Of a stretch of DNA of 64,000 nt, positions 43,501-58,500 are shown piece after piece. The DNA is from Perna viridis (taxonomy: Eukaryota): NCBI GenBank assembly GCA_037379345.1, contig CM074521.1, positions 26,002,704 through 26,066,703 of the forward strand, read 5' to 3'. The notes under the pieces are model-generated. The model did no database searches and was not told the DNA's origin. It worked only from the letters and a program-made list of their open reading frames with translations. Made by a program: the position numbers and the translations under genes. How positions within the stretch are numbered: the first letter of the stretch is position 1; every line of letters starts with the position of its first letter.

Positions 43501-46500
43501 AACTAAAATCATACATGCAAAGCAACAAAAGTAAATGAGCAACTCGGACTCCACTAAAAACTGGGAGCATGGACCAGGTGCACCGGTAGGGTAAGCGTCC
43601 TCTGCTTTTCTAGAAACACCCGCCGAGTTGCTCATCTACCATCAAGTCCATGGTAGACAAACGAGGAAAAGTAAACTATGACCCGTTGAATAAATCAGTT
43701 TTCATGGTGCTGATGGATACATCATAATGATTCACGAGTTCATGATGACGACCATAAAGCTTCTGTAGTGATGACTTCAATCTTGTAGCAACATAACTCT
43801 GTTCCAGAAGCCTATTTGTTAGAGTTCTAGCGCGATACAAAAAGTCTGCGTAGTTTCGGCAAGCTCAGGCATAACGTATGAGTTGTGATATGAACACTCC
43901 ATACGCAGGAGCCAAAGGGATGTTGCCACAGATGAAAGGAAAGTTGATAATTCTGAATGAAAAGTCATCACGTTTGTCGTAAAATTTGGTCAATAGTTTT
44001 CCTTTACCATCGATTTCTAAGTGTAGGTCAAGATATGAGGCTGACTTCACAATGTCTGTAGTATCTTTTATCTCAAGTACTTTTGGGTAGATGTGATATA
44101 TCAAATCCCCAAAATTAGGATTGTTTAAAGATAATACGTCATCTATATAGCGGAAACTGAGATTGAAGGATCTAGCCAAACAATATTCTTTCTTTCTGAT
44201 CAAATCAGCTATAAAGTCAGCCTCATAAGAGTGAAGAAATAGGTCAGCAAGTACATGAGCACAATTTGTTCCCATTGGAATGCCAACCGTTTGTTAAAAA
44301 GCACGTCCACCACACTGGACAAATATGTTGTCGATTAAAAACTCCAGCATTTTGTAAACATCTTCCTCTGTATATTTGGAAGATGATTTGGAATTATTTC
44401 TTACAAAGTATGAGGAATCTCTACCAAGAACTATATATTTGTATCTAGGTGTACCATCTTTTTTTGTATAATGTTTTTAAGTAGGGATTTTAACTGAGTA
44501 TGGGGAATAGAAGTATACAGTGTTGAAAAATCATAGGTTTTAATGATATTATATTCAGATAATAGTCTTGAACTGATTGTCTCCAAAAGATCTTTCGAAT
44601 TTTTCAGGATCCACATTGATTTAATACCACTACGGGAGTAACAAGTGTTGTGGTAGGACTGCAGACCCTCTTTGACAGTTGTTAGTATAGAAGTTAAAAG
44701 TTTTGAAAGAGGTTTGGTGATACATTTTGCAGATCCAGCTATGAAACGTTGTTTGTATGGATTCTATGATATATGATTCTTGCAAATATGCTTTTTGGAA
44801 AGATACACATCAATGTTATATGATTCCTGCAACCCACAAATAGTTCTGTGGCATTTTCAATTTGACTTAATCGAATTCAGAAAATTGCTTCTAAGTAAAA
44901 AGTCATGCTCAAATTGGAAGGTACATATATACTGATACTTAACAAAAAGGAATATTCTCACACTCAAAATTTAAAACTCAATATGTCTCCAAATAAAAAC
45001 AAAAAGAGCCTCACCACAATGTTATGGTCGTCATCTCTGATATATTGGAACTCTTCGGGGGTCTCTTTGTAACCAACTTGGAATTTCTGAACAAATCCAG
45101 TGCTACCACCTTGGAGTATGATGGCTGTTACTTGAGCAGTTGTTGGAAATGATATGACAACAGATGGTTTTTGATCATTCATAGAAGGAGACCATGCTTG
45201 ACCATCAATTTGACCAATTCCAGATTCTTGATTGCTGCTGTATTTTATCAAACTGTCATCAATAATTCCAATCTTTCTCATTTCATCAGCACATTCACCT
45301 AGTTAAAACAATTATTCAAGTAAGGCAAGAAATTTTGTATCGACTAAAATTTCAAAAACTTCAGGTCAATTTTATTATATATGTATTCAGACCAAACTTT
45401 AGTGAATGAAATAAAAAGTTTAAGTGATGAAAGACAAAATTGTATATTGATTGTCTCCCTTTAAATTACACAATTTAAAGAAAGTGCTAAAACAAAAACA
45501 TCTTACTCTTTAGGAATCATTTTGTGGAAACAATCATGACTCACCTCTTGTTGTGGTAGAAGCTGTAGTTGTAGGTGTCGGTGTAGATGTTACCGTTGGT
45601 GATGTACTCGTAATTGTAGCTAAAAATATTAACAAAATTATAAGATTTTGTATTGCATTTCTTTCTATATCTGCTATTAAATGATGAAGGAATTGATGGA
45701 ATCAGTAAATATAAATATTGCATTAAGCTTTCTATACACAACAACCCATGACCTATAAAATCCATATAAAAGTAATGAAAATGTATAATGTTCAGAAGCA
45801 ATACGTTCCTCAATATTGTTATATTTATTCATTACAAAATACTTGTGAGGCTCATACAGTATTGAATGAACGTGTTGCCTCAGAACCATCAGGCAGGAAA
45901 ATTCATACATTGGTACTAAAACAAAAAGACTTGAAAAATCTACAAGGAATATGTCAATATGACAAAATGCATTTGCAATATAAAGGTTGAATATCAATCT
46001 GCATTAAAATACACATGGATAGTTTGTAGGATTATCTGACTGGAACACTCATGCAAAGGAATTAGGATCTGCCTTGTCCAAAGGTTCCGTGGGGTCAGTA
46101 TATTTGGGCAAAAGCGTATCTGAAAAAAGAACAGATCAGATTTAACAGAAGATATTTCATGCTTAACTTATATTGAAATACTACTGAACTTTCCAAAATT
46201 GTGAATCGTAGAACAACATCTCGGAAAAAATAGTTCACCAAAAGATATTTTATAATTTTCAGCCAGACCCGATATCATCAATTAAAAAGTAATTTGAGTT
46301 GGAAAAAGAAATAAGTTCCAATATAGATTCAAGTTCATAACACAATTATTTACTATTTCAAAAGAATGAATCCTTTATTTGACCCTGCATCCAATCTTTC
46401 ATAGTAACTTAATAGATCAATGTACAAACACCTACCTGTCCCTGTTGATGTTATAGCTGAAAAGACAAAAAATAACATGTTCATCTTTATGGCATATGAT

Positions 46501-49500
46501 TCTATTTTTAATTGTCACAGATAACATGTAAACATATTTCAAATTAACCTAGTAGGTCAGTTAAATACAAACAATTTTTAAACAGGAGCATTTTAAACAT
46601 AAATTATTTCATCTTTTACTGTGCATTTTAGTATCAACATGTACATGCACAAAAAGAAACTAAATCAATTAAACTTGATTCAAACACTAAATCTAAAAAT
46701 TGAAAACCAATTCAAAAAAATCATCTTCTTATTCAAAGAAAAAACTCATTGATATTCAAAAACTTACGGAACATGCATCCAAAGAGTTCAAAGCTGAACA
46801 ATGGCCTATTTTGCCAAGACAGTGGGAATATTCTAACGCCATTTCCTTTTGCCATTGGATAAATACGTTTGTTTGATACTTGATTAATACCATTGTTTCC
46901 TTTGAATATCTAAAATGAAAGGCAAATATATGTCTACAAAAATTTAATGAGAAATGAGAAAAAAAATACATGCTGTCAGCGAATTTGATTAAACATTGAA
47001 ATATATGAAGTTTTCAAGTCCAGTGTTAAAAAAGAAACACGCATTTAATGATACTTTATCTTCCACTGTTACTTTTCTCATATCTGCAAATGATAATAAC
47101 AGCTTGTCTCCCTTAACAAGCATCCAGCAATTTTTTCTTATCATACACATGCTTAAGGGGATCATTTTTCATTGATTCTTTAAAACTATAATCATATTTT
47201 AATTGAAAAAAAATCTGCTGTGATTTCAAAATTCTGGTTCCACCAAACCACAAACATCCCTAAATTTTTTTGTACAACACAAAAACATTCTACGGTATTA
47301 AAACTCAACATCATTATAACAACTTACACCTTTCACTGGTTCCCAGTTTCCATTTTCTGTGTGAACTTCTATCCTGAAAGATTTGACAAAACCAGAACCA
47401 ACACCTGAAATACTACCACCATGGAAATGTATTTTAGAGAAGGCCCCTGTTTGTCCATTGAACAACACCTCTATAAATGACCCATTCTCTAAGCCTTTCA
47501 CAGGAACCCATGGTTTTTCATTTATTACACCATTGCCACTATCACTGTCCTTTGTAGAAAATTTGATAGTTTGGCCTTTTATTTCAGTCAGTACATAATC
47601 ACAAGAACCTGTAAATAAAAAAAAAACATTAAAATAATTACAAATATAATCACCTCCACTACAGCAAGGCTAAAAAAAGACATATCTCTGCAAAAATGCA
47701 AATAAATTATACACAACGATGATAAGTATCTCCCAAAATACAAATACAAAATGCTTCCACTTCAAACAGTCCTTAATTGTATGCCAAGTAAAAACACTTT
47801 AATTCATCAGAAGAACCAAAATACCCATTTACAAGAAGTCCACTTCTCATTATTTCAAGACATTCTGAGTAAAAAAGACATGCTACTATTGTATGTAACT
47901 AAACCCATGTTCCTTCATATTTGATTCATTTTTTATATAGTCCTCTTTTCCCCTATATTTCATAAGTATTATTAAATTCTACATTTACACATAATAGTTA
48001 ATATTCAGACATACCAGCAGTGGTAGTGCTCGGTGATGTTCCAGTAGATACCACTGAAGTTAATTCTATAATAAACACAAAAATAAAATCTATAATTAAG
48101 CAGAAAAAATTGTAAATACATAGGAATGAAAACTTAGAAACAGACATAAAAAAATCATGTCTTTAAATAATAAGTCACTGAAGTCAAAAATAAACTAAAT
48201 AAATAGTATGAAAACTATGATCTTACCAATTTCAAAACAAGCATGGATCTGTACTTGGAGCTTGACTGGTTTGTAGGCATCAATCTTATCTTGAGGAGTT
48301 ATGATGATTTCAACTTTCTTCACATCTGGTTCAGTTCCTACATTTGTTGCTACTTCATTCACAGGAACCTGAAATAAGGCAATATGATTTCAATCCACAA
48401 AAAATGGCAAATCATGCTCACTACCACCACATTCAATTGCACAAAAATACACAGACAAACATCTTTCAATTTATTTGGTATGAACACTCATGAAAAAATA
48501 CAGATACAAACACGACAAAAGTTCAATATCCTACCTGTTTTGTTGTCACAGTGCCATCAGGAGCAGTGAATTTCACAGTGAATGATTTAATGTTATCAGT
48601 TGAAACCAATTTCACTTCTTTTATAGGTCTCTCCTCTGAAGGTGTGTATTCCACAGAAAGTGTTGGTTGGGAACTTTCAAATGGGGTCATGGATGTTGGT
48701 CTCAAGTCTTCAACATTTCCTGTACTATCACTAACAGACAATTCACTACTTGGAATAAATGTTGGTGACTCCATACCATCTGTTATTTCGCAAACAGGAG
48801 TTGTACTGGCAGTTCCTGTAAAGCAACAAAAACTCCAATCAATATCAGCTGCTGTAAGTTCTGTTTGCCAGAAATATTTCTCAACAAAACATGTTCTGTT
48901 GACTCAAAAAGTGATGGTCCACATTTTTATACAGATGTAAGGGATATAACAAAACGTACCTGTAGTAGTAATGCCTGGTGGTGTGGCTGTACTTGAAACT
49001 TTCTCTGAGGTTGAACTTACAGCAGTGGTTACTGTAGTTGTTGATTCTATGAAAGAAAACCAATAGACACTGTAACTACATAGATCAAATTAATAGACTG
49101 ATACCTACATTACAAATCAGATTTATAACAGAATTAAACACTGACTGCATGTTCAGGAAAAGATTGTGTATTCAAAACAAAGCAAAAAAAGAACAGATGA
49201 CTGGAAAATAATCAAATGACTTATTATCTAATCTCGGCAATTAGTATTCTTCAAGAAAACAATTTTTAACAACTGATTTGATACTGCCAACATTATTCAC
49301 TGAAACACCAATCAAACTGATCACTGATGTTTTGGTATATTCATTCAACCACAATAAGGCATTCACATACGTACCAACTTCAAAGCAAGCATGTATCTGT
49401 ATTTGGAGTTTGACTGGTTTGTAAGCGTCAATTTTGTCCTCAGGTGTTACAATAATTTCAACTTTCTTTACAAATGGTCTTGTTCCAACACTTGTTGCAA

Positions 49501-52500
49501 CCTCATCCACAGGTACCTGTACAAAAATCAAAAACATGTATATACAACCTTTCTACATGTAGCAATCAAAGCATAACCATAATCACAATATTAGTTATGG
49601 AAAATGTCTAGGATTTATGAGTCATTCACTGTACGGTTTATTTGAATTGCAAAGAAAAACTCTAACATGATAACTGCGAAGAAAGCATACCTGTTTTGTT
49701 GTCACTGAACCATCGGGATTAGTGAATTTCACTGTAAATGATTTAATGTTGTCCGTTGACACCAGCTTAACTTCTTTTACAGGTCTTTCTTCTGACGGTG
49801 TGTATACTATGGAAAGTGTTGGTTCAGAACTTTCAAATGGAGTATCAGAGGTTGGTCTCAGGTTCTCAATATTTCCTGTTTTGTCACTCACAGATAATTC
49901 ACTACTTGGAATAAATGTAGGTGACTCCATACCATCTGTTATTTCACAAAGAGGAGTTGTACTGGCTGTTCCTGTAAAACAATCAGGTCACTCTCGTCAT
50001 TACATGCAAAGAAAACATAATTTGTTATTTCTCGAACCATTTTAAGTTGACAAAATCAATTGAATTTTTAGACAAGTGTATCATCTCTTCCAACAGAACT
50101 TTTGTACTTGACAGTTGCATAAACAGTATCAAATATTTCTGAACTAACCTGTACTTGATGTACTTGGTGGTGCAGTTGTACTGGTTACTTTCTTTGAGAC
50201 AGAAGAAACAGGTGTGGTAGCAGTTGTTGTTGATTCTGCAAAATAATTAAGAATATCAATTGTTTGTGACAAAGATAAAAGATTATTGCACAACAAATGT
50301 TATGAAAACCAAAATCTTTAAAAGTATTAAAAGTATTGTCACATAACTACAATGCACAAACTGATGTCTACCAAAAATGATGCTAAGGTATTGTTTTGTT
50401 GATTTCCACTGTTCTTAACAAATAAAATAATTAATATTCCATCATATAAAAGTCACATACCAAGTTCAAAGCAAGCATGGATCTGTACTTGGAGCTTGAC
50501 TGGTTGGTAGGCATCAATCTTATCTTGAGGAGTTATGATGATTTCAACTTTCTTCACATCTGGTTCAGTTCCTACATTTGTTGCTACTTCATTCACAGGA
50601 ACCTGAAATAAGGCAATATGATTTTAATCAACTACCAAATGGCAGATCATGCTCACTACCACCACATTCAATTGCACAAAAATACACAGACAAACATCTT
50701 TCAATTTATTTGGTATGAACACTCATGAAAAAATACAGATACAAACACGACAAAAGTTCAATATCCTACCTGTTTTGTTGTCACAGTGCCATCAGGAGCA
50801 GTGAATTTCACAGTGAATGATTTAATGTTATCAGTTGAAACCAATTTCACTTCTTTTATAGGTCTCTCCTCTGAAGGTGTGTATTCCACAGAAAGTGTTG
50901 GTTGGGAACTTTCAAATGGGGTCTTAGATGTTGGTCTCAAGTCTTCAACATTTCCTGTACTATCACTAACAGACAATTCACTACTTGGAATAAATGTTGG
51001 TGACTCCATACCATCTGTTATTTCGCAAACAGGAGTTGTACTGGCAGTTCCTGTAAAGCAACAAAAACTCCAATCAATATCAGCTGCTGTAAGTTCTGTT
51101 TGCCAGAAATATTTCTCAACAAAACATGTTCTGTTGACTCAAAAAGTGATGGTCCACATTTTTATACAGATGTAAGGGATATAACAAAACGTACCTGTAG
51201 TAGTAATGCCTGGTGGTGTGGCTGTACTTGAAACTTTCTCTGAGGTTGAACTTACAGCAGTGGTTACTGTAGTTGTTGATTCTATGAAAGAAAACCAATA
51301 GACACTGTAACTACATAGATCAAATTAATAGACTGATACCTACATTACAAATCAGATTTATAACAGAATTTAACACTGACTGCATGTTCAGGAAAAGATT
51401 GTGTATTCAAAACAAAGCAAAAAAAAGAACAGATGACTGGAAAATAATCAAATGACTTATTATCTAATTTCGGCAATTAGTATTCTTCAAGAAAACAATT
51501 TTTAACAACTGATTTGATACTGCCAACATTATTCACTGAAACACCAATCAAACTGATCACTGATGTTTTGGTATATTCATTCAACCACAATAAGGCATTC
51601 ACATACGTACCAACTTCAAAGCAAGCATGTATCTGTATTTGGAGTTTGACTGGTTTGTAAGCGTCAATTTTGTCCTCAGGTGTTACAATAATTTCAACTT
51701 TCTCTACAAATGGTCTTGTTCCAACACTTGTTGCAACCTCATCCACAGGTACCTGTACAAAAATCAAAACCATGTATATACAACCTTTCTACATGTAGCA
51801 ATCAAAGCATAACCATAATCACAATATTAGTTATGCAAAATGTCTAGGATTTACGAGTCATTCACTGTACGGTTTATTTGAATTGCAAAGAAAAAATCTA
51901 ATATGATAACTGCGAAGAAAGCATACCTGTTTTGTTGTCACTGAACCATCGGGATTAGTGAATTTCACTGTAAATGATTTAATGTTGTCCGTTGACACCA
52001 GCTTAACTTCTTTTACAGGTCTTTCTTCTGACGGTGTGTATACTATGGAAAGTGTTGGTTCAGAACTTTCAAATGGAGTATCAGAGGTTGGTCTCAGGTT
52101 CTCAATATTTCCTGTTTTGTCACTCACAGATAATTCACTACTTGGAATAAATGTAGATGACTCCATACCATCTGTTATTTCACAAAGAGGAGTTGTACTG
52201 GCTGTTCCTGTAAAACAATCAGGTCACTCTCGTCATTACATGCAAAGAAAACATAATTTGTTATTTCTCGAACCATTTTAAGTTGACAAAATCAATTGAA
52301 TTTTCAGACAAGTGTATCATCTCTTCCAACAGAACTTTTGTACTTGACAGTTGCATAAACAGTATCAAATATTTCTGAACTAACCTGTACTTGATGTACT
52401 TGGTGGTGCAGTTGTACTGGTTACTTTCTTTGAGACAGAAGAAACAGGTGTGGTAGCAGTTGTTGTTGATTCTGCAAAATAATTAAGAATATCAATTGTT

Positions 52501-55500
52501 TGTGACAAAGATAAAAGATTATTGCACAACAAATGTTATGAAAACCAAAATCTTTAAAAGTATTAAAAGTATTGTCACATAACTACAATGCACAAACTGA
52601 TGTCTACCAAAAATGATGCTAAGGTATTGTTTTGTTGATTTCCACTGTTCTTAACAAATAAAATAATTAATATTCCATCATATAAAAGTCACATACTAAG
52701 TTCAAAGCAAGCATGGATCTGTACTTGGAGCTTGACTGGTTTGTAGGCATCAATCTTATCTTGAGGAGTTATGATGATTTCAACTTTCTTCACATCTGGT
52801 TCAGTTCCTACATTTGTTGCTACTTCATTCACAGGAACCTGAAATAAGGCAATATGATTTTAATCAACTACCAAATGGCAAATCATGCTCACTACCACCA
52901 CATTCAATTGCACAAAAATACACAGACAAACATTTTTCAATTTATTTGGTATGAACACTCATGAAAAAATACAGATACAAACACGACAAAAGTTCAATAT
53001 CCTACCTGTTTTGTTGTCACAGTGCCATCAGGAGCAGTGAATTTCACAGTGAATGATTTAATGTTATCAGTTGAAACCAATTTCACTTCTTTTATAGGTC
53101 TCTCCTCTGAAGGTGTGTATTCCACAGAAAGTGTTGGTTGGGAACTTTCAAATGGGGTCTTAGATGTTGGTCTCAAGTCTTCAACATTTCCTGTACTATC
53201 ACTAACAGACAATTCACTACTTGGAATATATGTTGGTGACTCCATACCATCTGTTATTTCGCAAACAGGAGTTGTACTGGCAGTTCCTGTAAAGCAACAA
53301 AAACTCCAATCAATATCAGCTGCTGTAAGTTCTGTTTGCCAGAAATATTTCTCAACAAAACATGTTCTGTTGACTCAAAAAGTGATGGTTCACATTTTTA
53401 TACAGATGTAAGGGATATAACAAAACGTACCTGTAGTAGTAATGCCTGGTGGTGTGGCTGTACTTGAAACTTTCTCTGAGGTTGAACTTACAGCAGTGGT
53501 TACTGTAGTTGTTGATTCTATGAAAGAAAACCAATAGACACTGTAACTACATAGATCAAATTAATAGACTGATACCTACATTACAAATCAGATTTATAAA
53601 AGAATTTAACACTGACTGCATGTTCAGGAAAAGATTGTGTATTCAAAACAAAGCAAAAAAAGAACAGATGACTGGAAAATAATCAAATGACTTATTATCT
53701 AATCTCGGCAATTAGTATTCTTCAAGAAAACAATTTTAAACAACTGATTTGATACTGCCAACATTATTCACTGAAACACCAATCAAACTGATCACTGATG
53801 TTTTGGTATATTCATTCAACCACAATAAGGCATTCACATACGTACCAACTTCAAAGCAAGCATGTATCTGTATTTGGAGTTTGACTGGTTTGTAAGCGTC
53901 AATTTTGTCCTCAGGTGTTACAATAATTTCAACTTTCTTTACAAATGGTCTTGTTCCAACACTTGTTGCAACCTCATCCACAGGTACCTGTACAAAAATC
54001 AAAACCATGTATATACAACCTTTCTACATGTAGCAATCAAAGCATAACCATAATCACAATATTAGTTATGCAAAATGTCTAGGATTTACGAGTCATCCAC
54101 TGTACGGTTTATTTGAATTGCAAAGAAAAAATCTAATATGATAACTGCGAAGAAAGCATACCTGTTTTGTTGTCACTGAACCATCGGGATTAGTGAATTT
54201 CACTGTAAATGATTTAATGTTGTCCGTTGACACCAGCTTAACTTCTTTTACAGGTCTTTCTTCTGACGGTGTGTATACTATGGAAAGTGTTGGTTCAGAA
54301 CTTTCAAATGGAGTATCAGAGGTTGGTCTCAGGTTCTCAATATTTCCTGTTTTGTCACTCACAGATAATTCACTACTTGGAATAAATGTAGGTGACTCCA
54401 TACCATCTGTTATTTCACAAAGAGGAGTTGTACTGGCTGTTCCTGTAAAACAATCAGGTCACTCTCGTCATTACATGCAAAGAAAACATAATTTGTTATT
54501 TCTCGAACCATTTTAAGTTGACAAAATCAATTGAATTTTTAGACAAGTGTATCATCTCTTCCAACAGAACTTTTGTACTTGACAGTTGCATAAACAGTAT
54601 CAAATATTTCTGAACTAACCTGTACTTGATGTACTTGGTGGTGCAGTTGTACTGGTTACTTTCTTTGAGACAGAAGAAACAGGTGTGGTAGCAGTTGTTG
54701 TTGATTCTGCAAAATAATTAAGAATATCAATTGTTTGTGACAAAGATAAAAGATTATTGCACAACAAATGTTATGAAAACCAAAATCTTTAAAAGTATTA
54801 AAAGTATTGTCACATAACTACAATGCACAAACTGATGTCTACCAAAAATGATGCTAAGGTATTGTTTTGTTGATTTCCACTGTTCTTAACAAATAAAATA
54901 ATTAATATTCCATCATATAAAAGTCACATACCAAGTTCAAAGCAAGCATGGATCTGTACTTGGAGCTTGACTGGTTTGTAGGCATCAATCTTATCTTGAG
55001 GAGTTATGATGATTTCAACTTTCTTCACATCTGGTTCAGTTCCTACATTTGTTGCTACTTCATTCACAGGAACCTGAAATAAGGCAATATGATTTTAATC
55101 AACTACCAAATGGCAAATCATGCTCACTACCACCACATTCAATTGCACAAAAATACACAGACAAACATTTTTCAATTTATTTGGTATGAACACTCATGAA
55201 AAAATACAGATACAAACACGACAAAAGTTCAATATCCTACCTGTTTTGTTGTCACAGTGCCATCAGGAGCAGTGAATTTCACAGTGAATGATTTAATGTT
55301 ATCAGTTGAAACCAATTTCACTTCTTTTATAGGTCTCTCCTCTGAAGGTGTGTATTCCACAGAAAGTGTTGGTTGGGAACTTTCAAATGGGGTCTTAGAT
55401 GTTGGTCTCAAGTCTTCAACATTTCCTGTACTATCACTAACAGACAATTCACTACTTGGAATATATGTTGGTGACTCCATACCATCTGTTATTTCGCAAA

Positions 55501-58500
55501 CAGGAGTTGTACTGGCAGTTCCTGTAAAGCAACAAAAACTCCAATCAATATCAGCTGCTGTAAGTTCTGTTTGCCAGAAATATTTCTCAACAAAACATGT
55601 TCTGTTGACTCAAAAAGTGATGGTTCACATTTTTATACAGATGTAAGGGATATAACAAAACGTACCTGTAGTAGTAATGCCTGGTGGTGTGGCTGTACTT
55701 GAAACTTTCTCTGAGGTTGAACTTACAGCAGTGGTTACTGTAGTTGTTGATTCTATGAAAGAAAACCAATAGACACTGTAACTACATAGATCAAATTAAT
55801 AGACTGATACCTACATTACAAATCAGATTTATAACAGAATTTAACACTGACTGCATGTTCAGGAAAAGATTGTGTATTAAAAACAAAGCAAAAAAAGAAC
55901 AGATGACTGGAAAATAATCAAATGACTTATTATCTAATCTCGGCAATTAGTATTCTTCAAGAAAACAATTTTAAACAACTGATTTGATACTGCCAACATT
56001 ATTCACTGAAACACCAATCAAACTGATCACTGATGTTTTGGTATATTCATTCAACCACAATAAGGCATTCACATACGTACCAACTTCAAAGCAAGCATGT
56101 ATCTGTATTTGGAGTTTGACTGGTTTGTAAGCGTCAATTTTGTCCTCAGGTGTTACAATAATTTCAACTTTCTTTACAAATGGTCTTGTTCCAACACTTG
56201 TTGCAACCTCATCCACAGGTACCTGTACAAAAATCAAAACCATGTATATACAACCTTTCTACATGTAGCAATCAAAGCATAACCATAATCACAATATTAG
56301 TTATGCAAAATGTCTAGGATTTACGAGTCATTCACTGTACGGTTTATTTGAATTGCAAAGAAAAAATCTAATATGATAACTGCGAAGAAAGCATACCTGT
56401 TTTGTTGTCACTGAACCATCGGGATTAGTGAATTTCACTGTAAATGATTTAATGTTGTCCGTTGACACCAGCTTAACTTCTTTTACAGGTCTTTCTTCTG
56501 ACGGTGTGTATACTATGGAAAGTGTTGGTTCAGAACTTTCAAATGGAGTATCAGAGGTTGGTCTCAGGTTCTCAATATTTCCTGTTTTGTCACTCACAGA
56601 TAATTCACTACTTGGAATAAATGTAGGTGACTCCATACCATCTGTTATTTCACAAAGAGGAGTTGTACTGGCTGTTCCTGTAAAACAATCAGGTCACTCT
56701 CGTCATTACATGCAAAGAAAACATAATTTGTTATTTCTCGAACCATTTTAAGTTGACAAAATCAATTGAATTTTTAGACAAGTGTATCATCTCTTCCAAC
56801 AGAACTTTTGTACTTGACAGTTGCATAAACAGTATCAAATATTTCTGAACTAACCTGTACTTGATGTACTTGGTGGTGCAGTTGTACTGGTTACTTTCTT
56901 TGAGACAGAAGAAACAGGTGTGGTAGCAGTTGTTGTTGATTCTGCAAAATAATTAAGAATATCAATTGTTTGTGACAAAGATAAAAGATTATTGCACAAC
57001 AAATGTTATGAAAACCAAAATCTTTAAAAGTATTAAAAGTATTGTCACATAACTACAATGCACAAACTGATGTCTACCAAAAATGATGCTAAGGTATTGT
57101 TTTGTTGATTTCCACTGTTCTTAACAAATAAAATAATTAATATTCCATCATATAAAAGTCACATACCAAGTTCAAAGCAAGCATGGATCTGTACTTGGAG
57201 CTTGACTGGTTTGTAGGCATCAATCTTATCTTGAGGAGTTATGATGATTTCAACTTTCTTCACATCTGGTTCAGTTCCTACATTTGTTGCTACTTCATTC
57301 ACAGGAACCTGAAATAAGGCAATATGATTTTAATCAACTACCAAATGGCAAATCATGCTCACTACCACCACATTCAATTGCACAAAAATACACAGACAAA
57401 CATCTTTCAATTTATTTGGTATGAACACTCATGAAAAAATACAGATACAAACACGACAAAAGTTCAATATCCTACCTGTTTTGTTGTCACAGTGCCATCA
57501 GGAGCAGTGAATTTCACAGTGAATGATTTAATGTTATCAGTTGAAACCAATTTCACTTCTTTTATAGGTCTCTCCTCTGAAGGTGTGTATTCCACAGAAA
57601 GTGTTGGTTGGGAACTTTCAAATGGGGTCTTAGATGTTGGTCTCAAGTCTTCAACATTTCCTGTACTATCACTAACAGACAATTCACTACTTGGAATAAA
57701 TGTTGGTGACTCCATACCATCTGTTATTTCGCAAACAGGAGTTGTACTGGCAGTTCCTGTAAAGCAACAAAAACTCCAATCAATATCAGCTGCTGTAAGT
57801 TCTGTTTGCCAGAAATATTTCTCAACAAAACATGTTCTGTTGACTCAAAAAGTGATGGTCCACATTTTTATACAGATGTAAGGGATATAACAAAACGTAC
57901 CTGTAGTAGTAATGCCTGGTGGTGTGGCTGTACTTGAAACTTTCTCTGAGGTTGAACTTACAGCAGTGGTTACTGTAGTTGTTGATTCTATGAAAGAAAA
58001 CCAATAGACACTGTAACTACATAGATCAAATTAATAGACTGATACCTACATTACAAATCAGATTTATAACAGAATTTAACACTGACTGCATGTTCAGGAA
58101 AAGATTGTGTATTCAAAACAAAGCAAAAAAAAGGACAGATGACTGGAAAATAATCAAATGACTTATTATCTAATCTCGGCAATTAGTATTCTTCAAGAAA
58201 ACAATTTTTAACAACTGATTTGATACTGCCAACATTATTCACTGAAACACCAATCAAACTGATCACTGATGTTTTGGTATATTCATTCAACCACAATAAG
58301 GCATTCACATACGTACCAACTTCAAAGCAAGCATGTATCTGTATTTGGAGTTTGACTGGTTTGTAAGCGTCAATTTTGTCCTCAGGTGTTACAATAATTT
58401 CAACTTTCTTTACAAATGGTCTTGTTCCAACACTTGTTGCAACCTCATCCACAGGTACCTGTACAAAAATCAAAACCATGTATATACAACCTTTCTACAT

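Noticed and set aside
43865-43867. In-frame TGA in the retroelement as selenocysteine
   Set aside because: It occupies the Arg position of a YARAC-like motif (CGA>TGA decay) and the copy is also frameshifted.
43396-44765. RT plus nearby repeats as a diversity-generating retroelement or retron
   Set aside because: RT is Penelope-type, truncated and broken; no template/variable repeat pair with adenine-specific differences.
46756-46971. ORF-track 71-aa translation
   Set aside because: Wrong frame; the true exon frame gives FA58C motifs.
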